64,000 nucleotides of DNA from Epithemia pelagica. Taxonomy: Eukaryota > Protista > Bacillariophyta. The position numbers were made by a program, and so were the translations under genes. The stretch is taken from assembly GCA_946965045.2 (NCBI GenBank), contig OX337236.1, forward strand, positions 2,108,001 through 2,172,000, given 5' to 3'. The notes below the pieces were generated by a model. That model was not told the origin of the DNA. It did not search any database and worked only from the letters and a program-made list of their open reading frames with translations. Positions 42,447 through 54,758 of the stretch are shown piece by piece; within the stretch, counting starts at the first letter, position 1, and the number at the start of each line of letters is the position of its first letter.

Positions 42447-44309
42447 ATGAGGATCTGGATCGCCCACTCCATCCTCGTCCTCCTTGTGACGGCGGTGGTG
42501 GCAGCAACCACGACGACGACGACGACGACAAGAAGGAGCATGTCTTCCAGGATCGTTCCAGCCGCTGCCTTTCAGCTGCCTCGTCCCTACAGCCAACGAG
42601 TTGCGGCCCACGCCTTGGCCGCCACCTTTACCCCGCAACCACCACCACAACAACAACGATTGTATCATTCACGCGTTCTAGGTGGTAATGATGCTCCATC
42701 CGTTTCATGTTCCAGAACAAGATTTGCACTCGGACCGCTTCGATGCACAACCACTACGACTACTACGACTACGACCGAGGAGGGAGGCGAATCGTCATCT
42801 TCCACGGCAGACAATGACAAGATTCACAATCGATTTTCCCGAAAAAACTTGTCGTTGGAATTGCGCACCTTGACACAAAACTTGGAGGTTGTCACGAGTC
42901 ATTTGGAAGCGCGACGGGCCTCGTCGGAAACCTTGGAAGCGGCACAAACCATTGCCAATTTGGCCTCCACACGGAGTGCCTTGATTCAAAAACGCGATGC
43001 CTTTTTGAAACAACGCAACGATGCGTCCGCCTTGGTGGGCAAACTCTTAAGGAATCAAAAAAATGCCGACGGCAAAGACGAGGAGGACGACGACGTGACG
43101 GAACAATTGGAACAAGCCAAGGCCACGAGTACCGCTGCCGCGGAAGGAGCCGAAACGGTGGAGGTGGAATTGGAACAATTGCAAAGTCAAATGGATACCT
43201 TGCTCGCCGGTATTCCCAATTTGTTGGACGATGTCGTGCCAGATGGTGCCGATGAAAACGACAATGAGGTTGTGGCGACTTGGGGCGATACTCGGGCCTT
43301 GCCGGAACGGTTGGAATGGACGGATGAATTTGAACCAGTCTGGCACGACGATGTGGCCACGCGATTGCAAGGATATGCGGCCGATTCGGCCGTCAAAATG
43401 TCCGGTGCTCGATTTGTGGCCTTGACGGGTGTCGTGGCACAATTGGAACGGGCCTTGGCCATGTTTTTTATGGATTTGCATACCGGTCAGCATGGTTACA
43501 CCGAAGTGACGGTCCCCTACGTGGTCGGTCGATCGGCCTTGGAGGGAACCTCGCAGTTGCCCAAATTTCAAGAGGATTTGTTTGCCATTACACCGGAATC
43601 GCATACCTGCAACGGAGAAGATGCCTTTTTGATCCCGACCGCCGAAGTGCCCGTTACCAATTTGCATCGGGAACAAGTCTTGGAGGAATCGGACTTGCCG
43701 CTTTCGTACGTGGCTTGGACGCCGTGTTTTCGGGCCGAAGCTGGGAGTTATGGACGTGATACCAAGGGCTTGATTCGAACCCATCAATTTCACAAGGTGG
43801 AGCTGGTCAAAATTACGACACCGCAAAAATCGGATGACGAACACGAGGCATTGACGAAGCATGCCGAAGCCTGTTTACAGGCTTTGGAATTGCCCTATCG
43901 AAAGGTACGGCTGTGTTCGGGTGACATTGGCTTTTCGGCTCGGCATTGCTATGACTTGGAAGTATGGTTGCCAGGAGCGGGAGAATATCGAGAAATTTCT
44001 TCTTGTAGCAATACGGGAGACTTTCAAGCACGACGCATGGCGCTACGGTATCGTCCGAGGGCGCCACCACCACCACCAGCAGGAGATGACAAGAATTCCA
44101 ATAAGAAGAAGAAAAAGCCACAAAAGGTGAAACCAGTCTTATGTCATACCATTAATGGGAGTGGATTGGCCGTAGGACGAACCTTGGTGGCCGTCTTGGA
44201 GAATTACCAAACTCCATCCGGATCGGTGGTGGTCCCGACCGTGTTACGACCTTACATGGGAGGACGAGAAATTTTGCATCCTCCCACCGACGAGGCTTTG
44301 ACAGAATAA
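42447..44309 (+). CDS. serS: Seryl-tRNA synthetase, organellar (signal peptide + transit-like leader)
   Basis: Coiled-coil arm. Motifs LIPTAEVP, FRAEAGSYGRDTKGLIRTHQFHKVE, EISSCSN..DFQARR and HTINGSGLAVGRT. Confidence 0.95.
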   Translation: MRIWIAHSILVLLVTAVVAATTTTTTTTRRSMSSRIVPAAAFQLPRPYSQRVAAHALAATFTPQPPPQQQRLYHSRVLGGNDAPSVSCSRTRFALGPLRCTTTTTTTTTTEEGGESSSSTADNDKIHNRFSRKNLSLELRTLTQNLEVVTSHLEARRASSETLEAAQTIANLASTRSALIQKRDAFLKQRNDASALVGKLLRNQKNADGKDEEDDDVTEQLEQAKATSTAAAEGAETVEVELEQLQSQMDTLLAGIPNLLDDVVPDGADENDNEVVATWGDTRALPERLEWTDEFEPVWHDDVATRLQGYAADSAVKMSGARFVALTGVVAQLERALAMFFMDLHTGQHGYTEVTVPYVVGRSALEGTSQLPKFQEDLFAITPESHTCNGEDAFLIPTAEVPVTNLHREQVLEESDLPLSYVAWTPCFRAEAGSYGRDTKGLIRTHQFHKVELVKITTPQKSDDEHEALTKHAEACLQALELPYRKVRLCSGDIGFSARHCYDLEVWLPGAGEYREISSCSNTGDFQARRMALRYRPRAPPPPPAGDDKNSNKKKKKPQKVKPVLCHTINGSGLAVGRTLVAVLENYQTPSGSVVVPTVLRPYMGGREILHPPTDEALTE

Positions 44310-44771
44310 CCACGTGTCTTGTTGTAACAGTCCTCTCAACTCTCTCTACTACTAAGTATTCCTAGTAACAATGTGCCTTTGTATGTCATGGATTCGAACC
44401 AAGGTGGAGAGATTGTGGTAACCTTAAATTTAGGCGGTCCTGTTTTGGTAAGTACGAGCATCTTCAGTACGGTTGTCTCCTCGGGTCCCGGACAGACATG
44501 CCAAAAGAGCCAATACCGAGCAACTCACTCTCGAGTCCAAAGATTGTTTGGTATTCAGGGACCGGACCAGAAAATATTCACCAATCGCTTCGAATAGGGG
44601 CACGATACCCAGAGGAATTCCATCCTGATTGGTACCTCCACGGGGTACTTCACCCTCACAGTAGAGCGCTGTACGACGCTCCGAAAAGTCGGTTGTTGTC
44701 CCTCTCTTCTAACTGAAAGTCATTTCTTGTGCCCCTAAAGCTGCCAATGTTTATCGACATGAAATTTAGGT

Positions 44772-46391
44772 CTACTCCATGAGTTGGACGGTCGTCGGCT
44801 GCGGCGACATTCGCATAAAGCATTGGCAGGATCGGAAGTTTTCCTCAAACACCAAGGAACACCGATCGGGAGCCAAAGCCGGGTGTCCTCCAGTCATACG
44901 GCAGTCCACGACGAGCCATTCGTCGGCTTTGACATTCTGATACTTTTCTGTGATACGACCAAGATGCTCTCCAATTCTGTCCCCGTCACGAAGCAATTCC
45001 AGTCCCCATTTGGCGCCATTCTTTATGTAGAAGTCGAGCTCTCCATGTTTGAATTCGCCATTGACCAAGGCCTCTGTGCCATACTCGGGAACAATCCGAT
45101 ATGACGGAGGAAGCAGCGTGGCAATAGATTCATGAAACAGTTGCTGGAAGACGGCTTTCTTCGGAGTTTGCAGGATGCCCGCCTTGTTTTTTTGACGCGC
45201 CACTCGGAGACGACGTGCAGATAGTCGCGAGGTTGCCATTGTAACTAATTCAGCCAGACTCTCCGGGGGTTCAGTGCTAAGACTCGCCCGTGGGTATAAA
45301 AATGAGTAGTAAAAGCTGGCGGCTGCAGGGCTAGTGAAACGATTTCTTTTCGACAAGATTCCTGCCTTTTTCAACCTGTTGACGGGATCGCCACGGAAAG
45401 GAGACGAGGTAAAACCTTCACCACCGTCAACTTTATAAGCCTCAACAATTGCATCAAGGACATCGCTACGGGAGTTGGGGTTAACCGTTTTCACAGGAAA
45501 ACAACGTTCAAGGAGCTCCAAGAATGCTATGCCTTCATAAAGTTCCTTAATCGCAGCCTCTTCATCAAGGCTCTCCATTGATTTGTTATCCTCTGAAAGG
45601 ATTTTCCGTGCAATTAGATCCATCCCGATGACGAACGCAGCTACATTTCCTTTCGTGAGGCGGAATAGGGCTGATTCGTGCGTACACCAGCTAGGGCGAA
45701 CAAACCTGATATTGAAAAGACGTCTTGCCTCGTCTTCCGTCAACAGCAGGTTTTCAACTTGAATGCGGGGCTCGCTTCGTAAAGCAACGGGCGAGTCAGC
45801 TTCGTTCGCCAAATAGTCCGTTGCTGCAACCACAACGATCACCCTGGTACCCACAAACTCCATGGAATTGCGGGTTTTCACAACGACTTCCCAAAAGTCC
45901 TGGAACATCTGTCCTCCACAGAGCTTCTGCGCGTCGTCGAAAAGAAGCCAAACCTCAGAGTAAGACTGTAGCCCGGCCGAAAGGGTTTTGTGTTCGAAGC
46001 AAACTCCTGTTCTGTTGCGTACGTAATCAAACAAATCGAAATCCGGTTTACAAGGTTGTGATGGACGGACAATTTGAGCGTGGATGTTGTTGTTGTTGTT
46101 GTTCTGATGAAGGCTTCGAATCATCAATTGCATCAAACTTGTTTTGCCACTGCCAGGGGGTGAGCAAACAACCAATAATCCACTCTGTCGAGCTTGTTTG
46201 ATCGCATTCTGCACGAGATCTTCTCGCTTGAGGTAGGAATGTGGATCGCTTACGATGAGTCCATCCTGGGGGCCAATTTGACGGCGTTTCATCTCCATCG
46301 CTTCCGCAGATTCGTCTGACTTGGAGGATTGCTGAATCGTATTCCATGCTTGTTCTCCGTCGTCCCGTTTGCCGTCGCTTCCGTCTGACAT
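44772..46391 (-). CDS. Crinkler-type NTPase + REase protein, family B (539 aa)
   Basis: Walker A SPPGSGKTSL, Walker B LLFDDAQ, and REase FQQLF...GELDFYIKNGAKWGLELLRDGDRIGEH typical of Crinkler C-termini. Confidence 0.8.
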   Translation of the reverse strand: MSDGSDGKRDDGEQAWNTIQQSSKSDESAEAMEMKRRQIGPQDGLIVSDPHSYLKREDLVQNAIKQARQSGLLVVCSPPGSGKTSLMQLMIRSLHQNNNNNNIHAQIVRPSQPCKPDFDLFDYVRNRTGVCFEHKTLSAGLQSYSEVWLLFDDAQKLCGGQMFQDFWEVVVKTRNSMEFVGTRVIVVVAATDYLANEADSPVALRSEPRIQVENLLLTEDEARRLFNIRFVRPSWCTHESALFRLTKGNVAAFVIGMDLIARKILSEDNKSMESLDEEAAIKELYEGIAFLELLERCFPVKTVNPNSRSDVLDAIVEAYKVDGGEGFTSSPFRGDPVNRLKKAGILSKRNRFTSPAAASFYYSFLYPRASLSTEPPESLAELVTMATSRLSARRLRVARQKNKAGILQTPKKAVFQQLFHESIATLLPPSYRIVPEYGTEALVNGEFKHGELDFYIKNGAKWGLELLRDGDRIGEHLGRITEKYQNVKADEWLVVDCRMTGGHPALAPDRCSLVFEENFRSCQCFMRMSPQPTTVQLME

Positions 46392-47324
46392 GGTAGGCTC
46401 GATTCACAGTATTGGTAAGGAGAGTCTCCGAAAATTTGTTGTTTCAGGCCGATCCTTTCGCTTGGTGCGGGGTGTGCCGTCACAATGCGAGAGCTATATC
46501 ACTCATCCGACGACGAGGTCCGAAGAAAAACGCACGGACCATGAGACTCCTTCAGGATGGAACGCACGAGCGAGCGAAGCCGCCGTCTCCGATACTTGGC
46601 ATAGAGTGGTCGATCGAGACACGAACCTCCTCCGTACACGCGGGCTTCCCATAGCGAGAACAACTCCAACGTCCACATGAAGACATATACCTAGTTTGTG
46701 TCGTTGTCCATCGCCAAAGCTCTCATCTCACAAGCTTCTCTAGCTTATCGCTTCGACCCGGGCTAGCTGTCGATACTACGAATTCCGGTGTCCACATCCG
46801 TGTACTCCCTAGAAAGAAATGGTGAGTCATGAGATTCCGTGACTGCCTCTTTTTGTGAGTTGAGGAGGGTTGCTGAGGTAATGGAATGCACTCCATCTAT
46901 CATTCACGAATCTGCAAGACTCATACTTCCGCTTGGGATAAGCTTTTTGCGTGACTGCCTCTGCGTGACGCGTGACCAAAAGAAGACAGACACCCAAAAC
47001 TGGCCGACGACCACCCCCCAAGAAAGACAAATGACCGACCGAGCGGTAATGTCGAGATCCATCAAATTAACTCTGTGTGATTGTGATTGGCGTCTTGGCG
47101 TTTGATTCCACACCACCATTAAACTCTTCCTGCCTTTGAGGTTCCTGCAGTCTCACAAGCAGACGCAAACAATCACTCGATTATTCTCATCCTTCCTTTT
47201 GTTTTGGGGGACGAACCAAAGCTGGTGCACAACTGCACGTCGTATCGACTCGATACCATCTCTTGACAAGACGAGACAATCACGCTACTTGAGTTCTCGG
47301 AAGATAACAAGGAACGGCGGCATC

Positions 47325-48609
47325 ATGTTTTCGGGATTTGTCACCAAACGCGGCGGAAGCAACTCTAGCAATACAAACAGCAACAATGGGAGTGGCACAA
47401 AAACCACCTCCATGACCACCATGGAAGAAGGCCAATCCGTCGTCTCGGAAGATGTTTCTACGACAATGCCACTCTTGTCGTCGTCATCGGAACCGCCCTC
47501 TTCTTCTCGCATGAGTCCCGTCGGAACGAGTTCTTCCCCATCCAGTAACAATACTCCTCCTCCTCCACCTCCACCACCGCCATCCAGTGCCGGTGCGTCG
47601 TCCAAGGCGTCGGTGGTTTCCGCCATGGGTTTGGCTGTCTTGTTGTTGCTGGCCTGTCAAAATTGTGCCAAAAACTTGGTGATGCGGTTCGTCATGAAAG
47701 ATCAACCCAAGTTCTTGACCTCCGCGGCCGTCTTGGGATCGGAATGCATCAAATTGACCTGCTCCGTCTTGTACATTTTGTGCATCCAGAAAAAGTCCTT
47801 GGCCAGCATTGCGCGACGACATGCGCAACACGCTCCTCTTGGCAGTACCGGCGTCGGCCTACAATTTTCAAACCAGCATGGAATACGTGGCCTTGGCCAA
47901 TCTCAATGCCGCCGCCTTTAGTGTCCTAGTACAAACCAAATTACTCTTTACCGCCACCTTTTCGGCCACGATTTTGCGCAAACAACTCAAGTACATTCAA
48001 GTCTTGTCACTCGTTCTCTTGACGACTGGAGTCATGTTGTGCAATCTCAAAACATCGTCGTCCTCCGTATCGTCCTCGAACGATGCCTCTGCGAATGCCA
48101 CCAAGGGAATTTTGGCCACCCTCGGCATTGCCCTATCATCCGGCTTTGCGAGTGTGTATACCGAAAAGGTGATTAAAGGATCGGGTATTCCTCGCAAGGT
48201 CAATATGGATGAGTACGGATTGGCCTATACACAAGTGCAATTGGCAGGCATGTCCATTGTCGCAATTGGTGCCTATGCCGTGGTACGGGATTGGTCCATT
48301 ATTGTCCAACATGGCATGTTTTACAACTTTACCTACGGGGCCGCTCTCAGCTGTCTCATGTCGGCCGTGGGCGGTTTGATTGTGGCATCGGTCTTGAAAT
48401 ATGCCGATTCCATTTTAAAGGGCTATGCGACAGCCTTGTCCGTCATTTTGACCGGTATGCTCAGCATGGTCTTGTTTGGGACACAATTGTCCACGATTTA
48501 CTTTTTGGGCATTGTCAATGTCATTTGTGCCGTAGTCTTGTACAATGGCAAGGATTTGGATCAATTCATGTGCCAAACACGGGACCTCGCGGCAACCGCC
48601 AGCACCTAA
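47325..48609 (+). CDS. SLC35A-type nucleotide-sugar (UDP-Gal/CMP-Sia-like) transporter, with an apparent frameshift at about 47810
   Basis: Motifs LLLACQN..KNLVMR, AAVLGSECIKL, LAVPASAYNFQ, QTKLLFTA, SGFASVYTEK and GGLIVASVLKYADSILKGYA, split over ORFs 47136..47921 and 47809..48609. Confidence 0.85.
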
Positions 48610-48971
48610 GGAATTCAGTGCTGCAGGAAGCGACAGTATTGGACCCCTTACGTTGCAGAGACACGACAACTCCAACGAGGGACAACACTCTTGACAAATG
48701 AGAAACCAAACCATTTGGTTGCCACGCTGGGACAACTGTATTGTAAAGAATACATCGAACAATAGTATAGTTGTTGTTGTACCAAGATTCCCGACTACCT
48801 TTCCTTATATAGAAGACCCTATTCAAAACGGTGCCCTATATCTTTCTCTCGTCTGAAGTTTCCATGATTTTCTATGACAAACGAACCAAACAAACATTAT
48901 TTTTCTAGAGAGGGTCTTCTCCATATACCAATACACAATTCCTCGGCCGTAATGGTCTTGTGTTGTTCTTC

Positions 48972-51380
48972 TTATTCCCTCACCACCGATAGGGGTGTGA
49001 CACTCCCATCGTCCGACAAGCTGTGGGGGACAGAAGGAGGATCGGACGAACTTGTGTTGGTGTTGGCATTATTGGTTCCATAATAATCCAAGGACGAGGA
49101 GGGATAGGCCGGTGCCGTCAAGGGATCCACACCATGCAATCGACATCCCACCATCATTTGTTCCGGTAATTCATCCGTTTGATTGCCTTGCACGACAAAG
49201 CCCAAATCCAACGTCAAGACTTGTGTATAGGCCCGAGCGACGGACAAGATGCCACGTGCCGCCGAACTGGCGGCAATGTCCAAGTCAGCCTCCCAATACA
49301 ATTCCTTGTCGCCTTCGGGTGGTTGGTACACATAATTGATGGGAACCTTGTTGCCAATCAAGGCCGGTTTTCCACCTACAACCGATCGAACGACCCAGGG
49401 ACCCTTGACAATCACGGGGACAATTTTGAAGCATCGATTCTTGTAGTCTTCATCATTGAACAAGAAACGACAGGCACATCGTTCCCCCGGTGTCATGTTT
49501 TTGGTCAAGGCTTCGAGTTTTTTCTCATCCATACTGTCACTACCACCCGATTCGTATCCGGCCCGTACAAAGGGTACAAATTTGCGAGGAATCTCAAAGT
49601 ACAAGACCAAAACACCCCAGGGCAAACGAAAGTTGATGAGAAAGGTGGGCACGTCGCGAAGTTGACCATTCAAGACTTTGGGGTTGCTCCCGACATTTTC
49701 CGGACAGGTATCGGTCAAGAACAATTCGGCACCACGCATGGGGAACAAAAACTCTTTGGAGGGAATCTTTTTCTTGTCCACCAAATAATTGGCTCCTCGA
49801 ATCTTAAAGTCGGCCGCCCGCGATCGACCCCAACAATTGGTCACGGAACCCAATTCGGCACCTTCGGGAAATTCCGACATGGGCTTGCCCGCCAATTCTT
49901 CTTCCAGGGCTGCTTGTTGTTGTTGCTGTTCTTCTTCCGTCACTTCTCGCAACAGTGGCTGTTGTTCCGGTGTTCCGGGAGGACGAGTCGACAGTACCTT
50001 GCCATCGGGCGACAAGGCCGAGGACGAAGAGGAAGCCAGACTACCCAGTGCCAGGTTTGTTCGCGAGGCCGAAGTCAGCATGGTTCGTTGCAACAGACGA
50101 CGACCAGACAAGTCGGGTGGCATGACGGGCATGGCCGTTTGGTTGCCAAGAGCGTGAGGATGATGAGGATCGTTGGAACGACGTGGCGTATGCAATCCCA
50201 AACAATAGGCAGCAAACAAGACCAGCAAGGCCCAATCGGCATCTATTTGGAGTTGCAAGGACGCCGCACGAGACAAGACGACACCCAAGGCACCGGCTAG
50301 GGCCACGAGAAACCACGGATTGCGACTATTGTTTCGCCATACCGTCGCCACAAAGGCGGGTACTTGTCGTCCCCAACCTGTGGACCTTGATTTGCTGGTA
50401 CGACCCAGAGTCTCATCGTCATCGTCCAATTCCAAACTGGCATGACTGCCCAATTTGTCCAATTCCTGAGCATCATGTGCTCGCATGGCCATGGATCGAC
50501 GATCCTTGCGAGTCAATGGTACAACTTGAGAAACTTGTGCAGGTTCGGTCAACGTAATTTTTTTCTTTTCATCATCTCCTCCCTTGTGACTGCTGATGCC
50601 TCCACTACCACCACGGCTATTGGCAGGCAGTCGTTCGGATGCAAAGGAGGGTGTGGAAGGTTTGTTATGATTAAGCCGCATTGGTTCAGAACGCTGCTTG
50701 TTGCTGCCATTATTGTCTTTGCCACTACCATCCATGAAATTGAGCAAGCCGGCTAGAGGATTCAAAATGGGATTATTGTCATTCGTATCCTCTCCTTCGG
50801 ATCGTCCAGGTCCCACCATGTGGTCCTCGAGAATGGTGTGATCCGTGAAGAAAAAGGTTCGAATGACATTGGCCACTTGACTGACAAAGACATCGGTAGG
50901 ATTTAACAAGGTGGTGGTATCTTGTGGAAAATGAAGACACGTCGTTTCCAAGACAGCATTCAAAACACTGCGACGTTGTTTGGATAAGGCCTTGACATGA
51001 TGATAATTCATGGTAACCACTTGTTTGTGTTGCGATTCAATCAAATGCGTCACCGTTTGACAATATTGAATCAACCGCGTCCCTCGACTCGTCAACAACG
51101 AGTCCTTGTGTTTCTCCTGTACCGCCTGACAAATGTGTTTCAATTCCATGACGAAGGCCCGAAATGCCTTGTACGTTTTGCTCAAGTAAAAGGGATCAAA
51201 CGTGCCAGTACCGCCACTGCCCGTAGACGATGATTCTTTGGGTTGAACGAGAATAATGTAATCGGTCCGAACCGCTACACCTCTCTTGACTCGATAATGA
51301 TCGACATGGGTCACTTCTGCCATGACATTGTGTTGTTGCAAACATTGCAAAAACGGATTTTGTTCCTTCTCGTCCGACAT
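48972..51380 (-). CDS. EDR2 C-terminal (DUF1336) domain protein with PX-like N-terminus
   Basis: Motifs FKIRGANYLVDKKKIPS, RCFKIVP.IVKGPWVVRSVVGGKPALIG and YWEADLDI. The N-terminal PX-like call is weaker. Confidence 0.8.
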   Translation of the reverse strand: MSDEKEQNPFLQCLQQHNVMAEVTHVDHYRVKRGVAVRTDYIILVQPKESSSTGSGGTGTFDPFYLSKTYKAFRAFVMELKHICQAVQEKHKDSLLTSRGTRLIQYCQTVTHLIESQHKQVVTMNYHHVKALSKQRRSVLNAVLETTCLHFPQDTTTLLNPTDVFVSQVANVIRTFFFTDHTILEDHMVGPGRSEGEDTNDNNPILNPLAGLLNFMDGSGKDNNGSNKQRSEPMRLNHNKPSTPSFASERLPANSRGGSGGISSHKGGDDEKKKITLTEPAQVSQVVPLTRKDRRSMAMRAHDAQELDKLGSHASLELDDDDETLGRTSKSRSTGWGRQVPAFVATVWRNNSRNPWFLVALAGALGVVLSRAASLQLQIDADWALLVLFAAYCLGLHTPRRSNDPHHPHALGNQTAMPVMPPDLSGRRLLQRTMLTSASRTNLALGSLASSSSSALSPDGKVLSTRPPGTPEQQPLLREVTEEEQQQQQAALEEELAGKPMSEFPEGAELGSVTNCWGRSRAADFKIRGANYLVDKKKIPSKEFLFPMRGAELFLTDTCPENVGSNPKVLNGQLRDVPTFLINFRLPWGVLVLYFEIPRKFVPFVRAGYESGGSDSMDEKKLEALTKNMTPGERCACRFLFNDEDYKNRCFKIVPVIVKGPWVVRSVVGGKPALIGNKVPINYVYQPPEGDKELYWEADLDIAASSAARGILSVARAYTQVLTLDLGFVVQGNQTDELPEQMMVGCRLHGVDPLTAPAYPSSSLDYYGTNNANTNTSSSDPPSVPHSLSDDGSVTPLSVVRE

Positions 51381-51483
51381 GGCGGTGGTTGGATCCTTCT
51401 TCGTCGTGTCTCGTTCTCGGAAAGGGAATTGGTCGGTGAAAAAGAATCACAACAATGAAAGCCACTCTCTCCCAACGTTTGAG

Positions 51484-51485
<2 letters not shown>

Positions 51486-51522
<37 letters not shown>
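51486..51522. repeat. (CT)n microsatellite upstream of the EDR2-like gene
   Basis: About 18 CT units. Confidence 0.95.
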
Positions 51523-51525
<3 letters not shown>

Positions 51526-52481
51526 GCTGGCCTCTTGCTCGATAACCTTTCTCTTTGCGGACTGTCTCCGTTGATTGTGGTCTCTCGCCCGCAAGATCTC
51601 AATTGGTTTGTTGTTCTTCAAGCAACTTTTGTTCGTTCACGCCAAAAATGCGCCACCGAAGACCGCACCCGAGCGAGCATGCAGGTCGCTTACGCTGCGA
51701 AGTAATCAACTTCAGCGGAAAGTTCTGAAATTCAGGATAGTAATTCAAAACGAAAAGAGATTCATCCCCGCCTAAGATTATAAATCCTAGCGCCATGAGT
51801 TCACAAAAGTCGTGACTACGGAATCATGCATGCAAGTTGACACGAAGACACAAGATTCCCATAATTAGGTCGTGGTCGTGGACAAAAGATCTCGAGAGAT
51901 CCACGCTCACGCTCACGTTCGTCGACCGTGACCGGTGGACTGACCGCTGACAACTATTTTCAAATTTTTGAAAGAATGCACAGACAAGCTATGAAGTCTA
52001 TGTCTGGTCTGATTCTGATGTCGCCTAGGAGTAGGAGCAGGGACACAGAGGTCAATCTACTGGGAAAACGACCCAAAGGAACAAACAAAGTATGAGATCC
52101 CAAGAGTTCTATACATCAAACCCCCCACTTTCACAAGCAAGGAAGAGAGATTGAAAGCAAGGAGTCCCGCAAACCCTCCACGTTGGTGGAATGCCACAGC
52201 TTTGCTTGTTGGACGATGTTTCCGCTATCCCGCGTTCAACGGTCCATGCTTCTTTTACTTTAGAAAGAAGTTGACTGCTGCTACATGAAAGTCAAATGAT
52301 GGTTCACACCCAATCGTTGCAATGATGACGGGGAGCGTTTCGGTCACCATCCTATTCCCATGCACACAGAGAAGAATACTTTGTTGACCTTGCTAGAGCT
52401 TGCTTGCGGGGGCAACTTTTCATTGCAAGAGAGTTGGATGCAACCCCCTGTCCTCCCATCCATGACCATCCTCCACCCAGT

Positions 52482-54351
52482 TTAGGGCTCGTTGGAGGAG
52501 GGTCCCGATGGCACCGCATCACCGTCCTGATGGGTGGCAATAGGAACAACTTGACCTTGTCGCGAGGCAAACAATTGTTCCACTTCTTCCAAGGTCAACC
52601 CCTTTGTTTCTGGAATGTACTTGCCAATGAACCAAATACTACAACAAACAAACAAACAAACAACCACAGACATGCACATGTCAGACTTGGTCGAGCGCGT
52701 ACGTACATACTGGAACTGGCGTACACGGACGCACGTACCTGACAACGTTTAAAATGGCAAAGATACCAAAGGTGGAAGCCAAACCAAGCCATTGCTGAAG
52801 GACGGGGACTCCAAATTGTACCACCGCATTGAGCAAGAAATTGAGTTGGACCGCGACGGCCACGGCCGCTCCCCGAATGGTCAAGGGAAAAATTTCACTG
52901 GTCAGTAGCCAGGTAATGGGACCAAAGCCCACTTGATATCCACCAATGTACAAAAGCATGGCTCCCAAGGTAACGAGCTGGGACCAAAGGCCTCCTGTTC
53001 CTTCTTGGTCATCTTCCGTGTCTGTCGCAGACGTCGTATTCCTCGACAGCAAGCCGCCAAAGGTGGCGGTCAATAAAATGAGGGCGACCAGCATGAGGGA
53101 ACAACCCAGTTTCAAGAGTCGGACACGGCCATAATATTCAACGGTACCCGCTGCCACCAAGGTGGCCACCAACTTGAACAGGGAGACTGCAATCGTGGCA
53201 GACCCCGTGACGCCAGCACGACGAAAAATTTGCGTCGCATAGGACAAGACCGATGGTTGACCTGTTACTTGTTGCAAGACCACCAGTCCAAAACCAGCAA
53301 TCAAGGGACCCCGATACTTGGGTTGCAATAACAACCAAGTCGACTTGTCCTCCAAAGAGGGCACTGATGAAGGAGCGGTAGGTTCCACTGCAGCAGAAAC
53401 GGGTGCAGGTAACAGCAAGGAGGATCTTTCATTTTCAGGTCCTTGCTGTGCCGACAGACTCGATGATGGTGCCTGTGGAATCAAACCTTCTTGTTCCAGA
53501 GCCCTCTGCATAGATGCCAATTGATGGGCAGCGACTGGTCCACGAGGAAAAACAAACTGTAGCGATTTCAAGGCAGCGTCCTGCCCGTGTTGTTGCCCAG
53601 ATTGCAGCAACAACCAACGACACGATTCCGGAATGGCATAGGTGGCCAATACCAGCATTGCAACAGCAGGAAGTACGCTACAAACGTAGGTCCATCTCCA
53701 GTGCGAACCAAACGTATTACCAAGCGTATATCCCATTACAATGCCTAACACGATACAAGCTTCCTTGAGGGAAACCAAAATCCCTCGAATCGAGGACGGT
53801 CCCATTTCTCCCAAATATGTAGGTGCTGCATGCATAGATACACCAATGCCCAAACCATAAATCATACGCCCCAGCACAAAGATGGCAAATCCCAACCAAT
53901 TCGCAAGGCTATCAGCGGCATATTCCAAGGTTGCTCCCACAATGTACAAGAGAGCCCCCAATTGAAGTTCGGTACGTCGACCGAGGGAATCCTGTTGCCA
54001 GAACAAGAGGCCACTGGAAATCAAGGCACCTGCCGATGCCAAGGCCACCACTGTTCCTTGCCAAGCCGCCGAGGCAGCAATCAAGTCCGACCATCCAGTC
54101 TCGGACGTTGGTTCAGTCAAGGCTCGCAAGACAAAGCTTGTCGCGGCAATGTCGTACCCAAACAAGAACCCACCCAAACTTGGAACCACAAACACGAGAG
54201 CTACTGCCCAGAGGGAATAATCGTTGCTGTGTTGATCCTCGATTGCCAAGTACGAAGCATCCTCATCTCCGACTGGCCCTGGCGGCTCTGGCAGCGGTGC
54301 AGCGGAAGAAGTATCGAGATGACCCGGTGAATCATTCTTGGATGACGCCAT
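52482..54351 (-). CDS. MFS sugar porter (VGT/xylose-symporter-like); exons 54351-52739 and 52638-52482
   Basis: Motifs LGGFLFGYD, LGRRTEL, YLGEMGP..IRG, LQQVTGQ, FGPITWLLTSEIFP..IRG and PETKGLTLEE. GT-AG intron 52738-52639 restores the frame. Confidence 0.9.
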
Positions 54352-54758
54352 TGTCGCGAAAGTGTCTGCTGGAATCAATTCGGTATCTCTCTTCCCGCTT
54401 GTCTCCTTCTGAATTCAAAATTCTGAAGGCGTTGTGTTGGGTAAAGATTCACAGAGAATGTCGTCTGCCGTCTACTTGTTTGAGGATCTTGCAAAAGGGG
54501 TACAAATGAAAGCGGTGATGACGAAAAATGATGGCCCTTCGATGATGTTCTGAAATTTCTGAGAATTTTGAAAAGATTCCTGACTTAAACGCTTCCAAAG
54601 CGCGTCTCAAAAGCGATCTTTTCCGGCCATGCGGTCATGCCGCATGCCGACGATGGGTCATTTCACATTTTCTTTCGCTTTTTCTCGATACTCAGATCAT
54701 TCATTACTGCTTTGCGGTTATTGCGTTCTTCTTGTCGTCGAATTAGTGTTAAGAAACC

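Noticed and set aside
44390-44400. GGATTCGAACC (reverse T-loop motif) suggesting a tRNA
   Set aside because: No cloverleaf stems or A box could be built around it.
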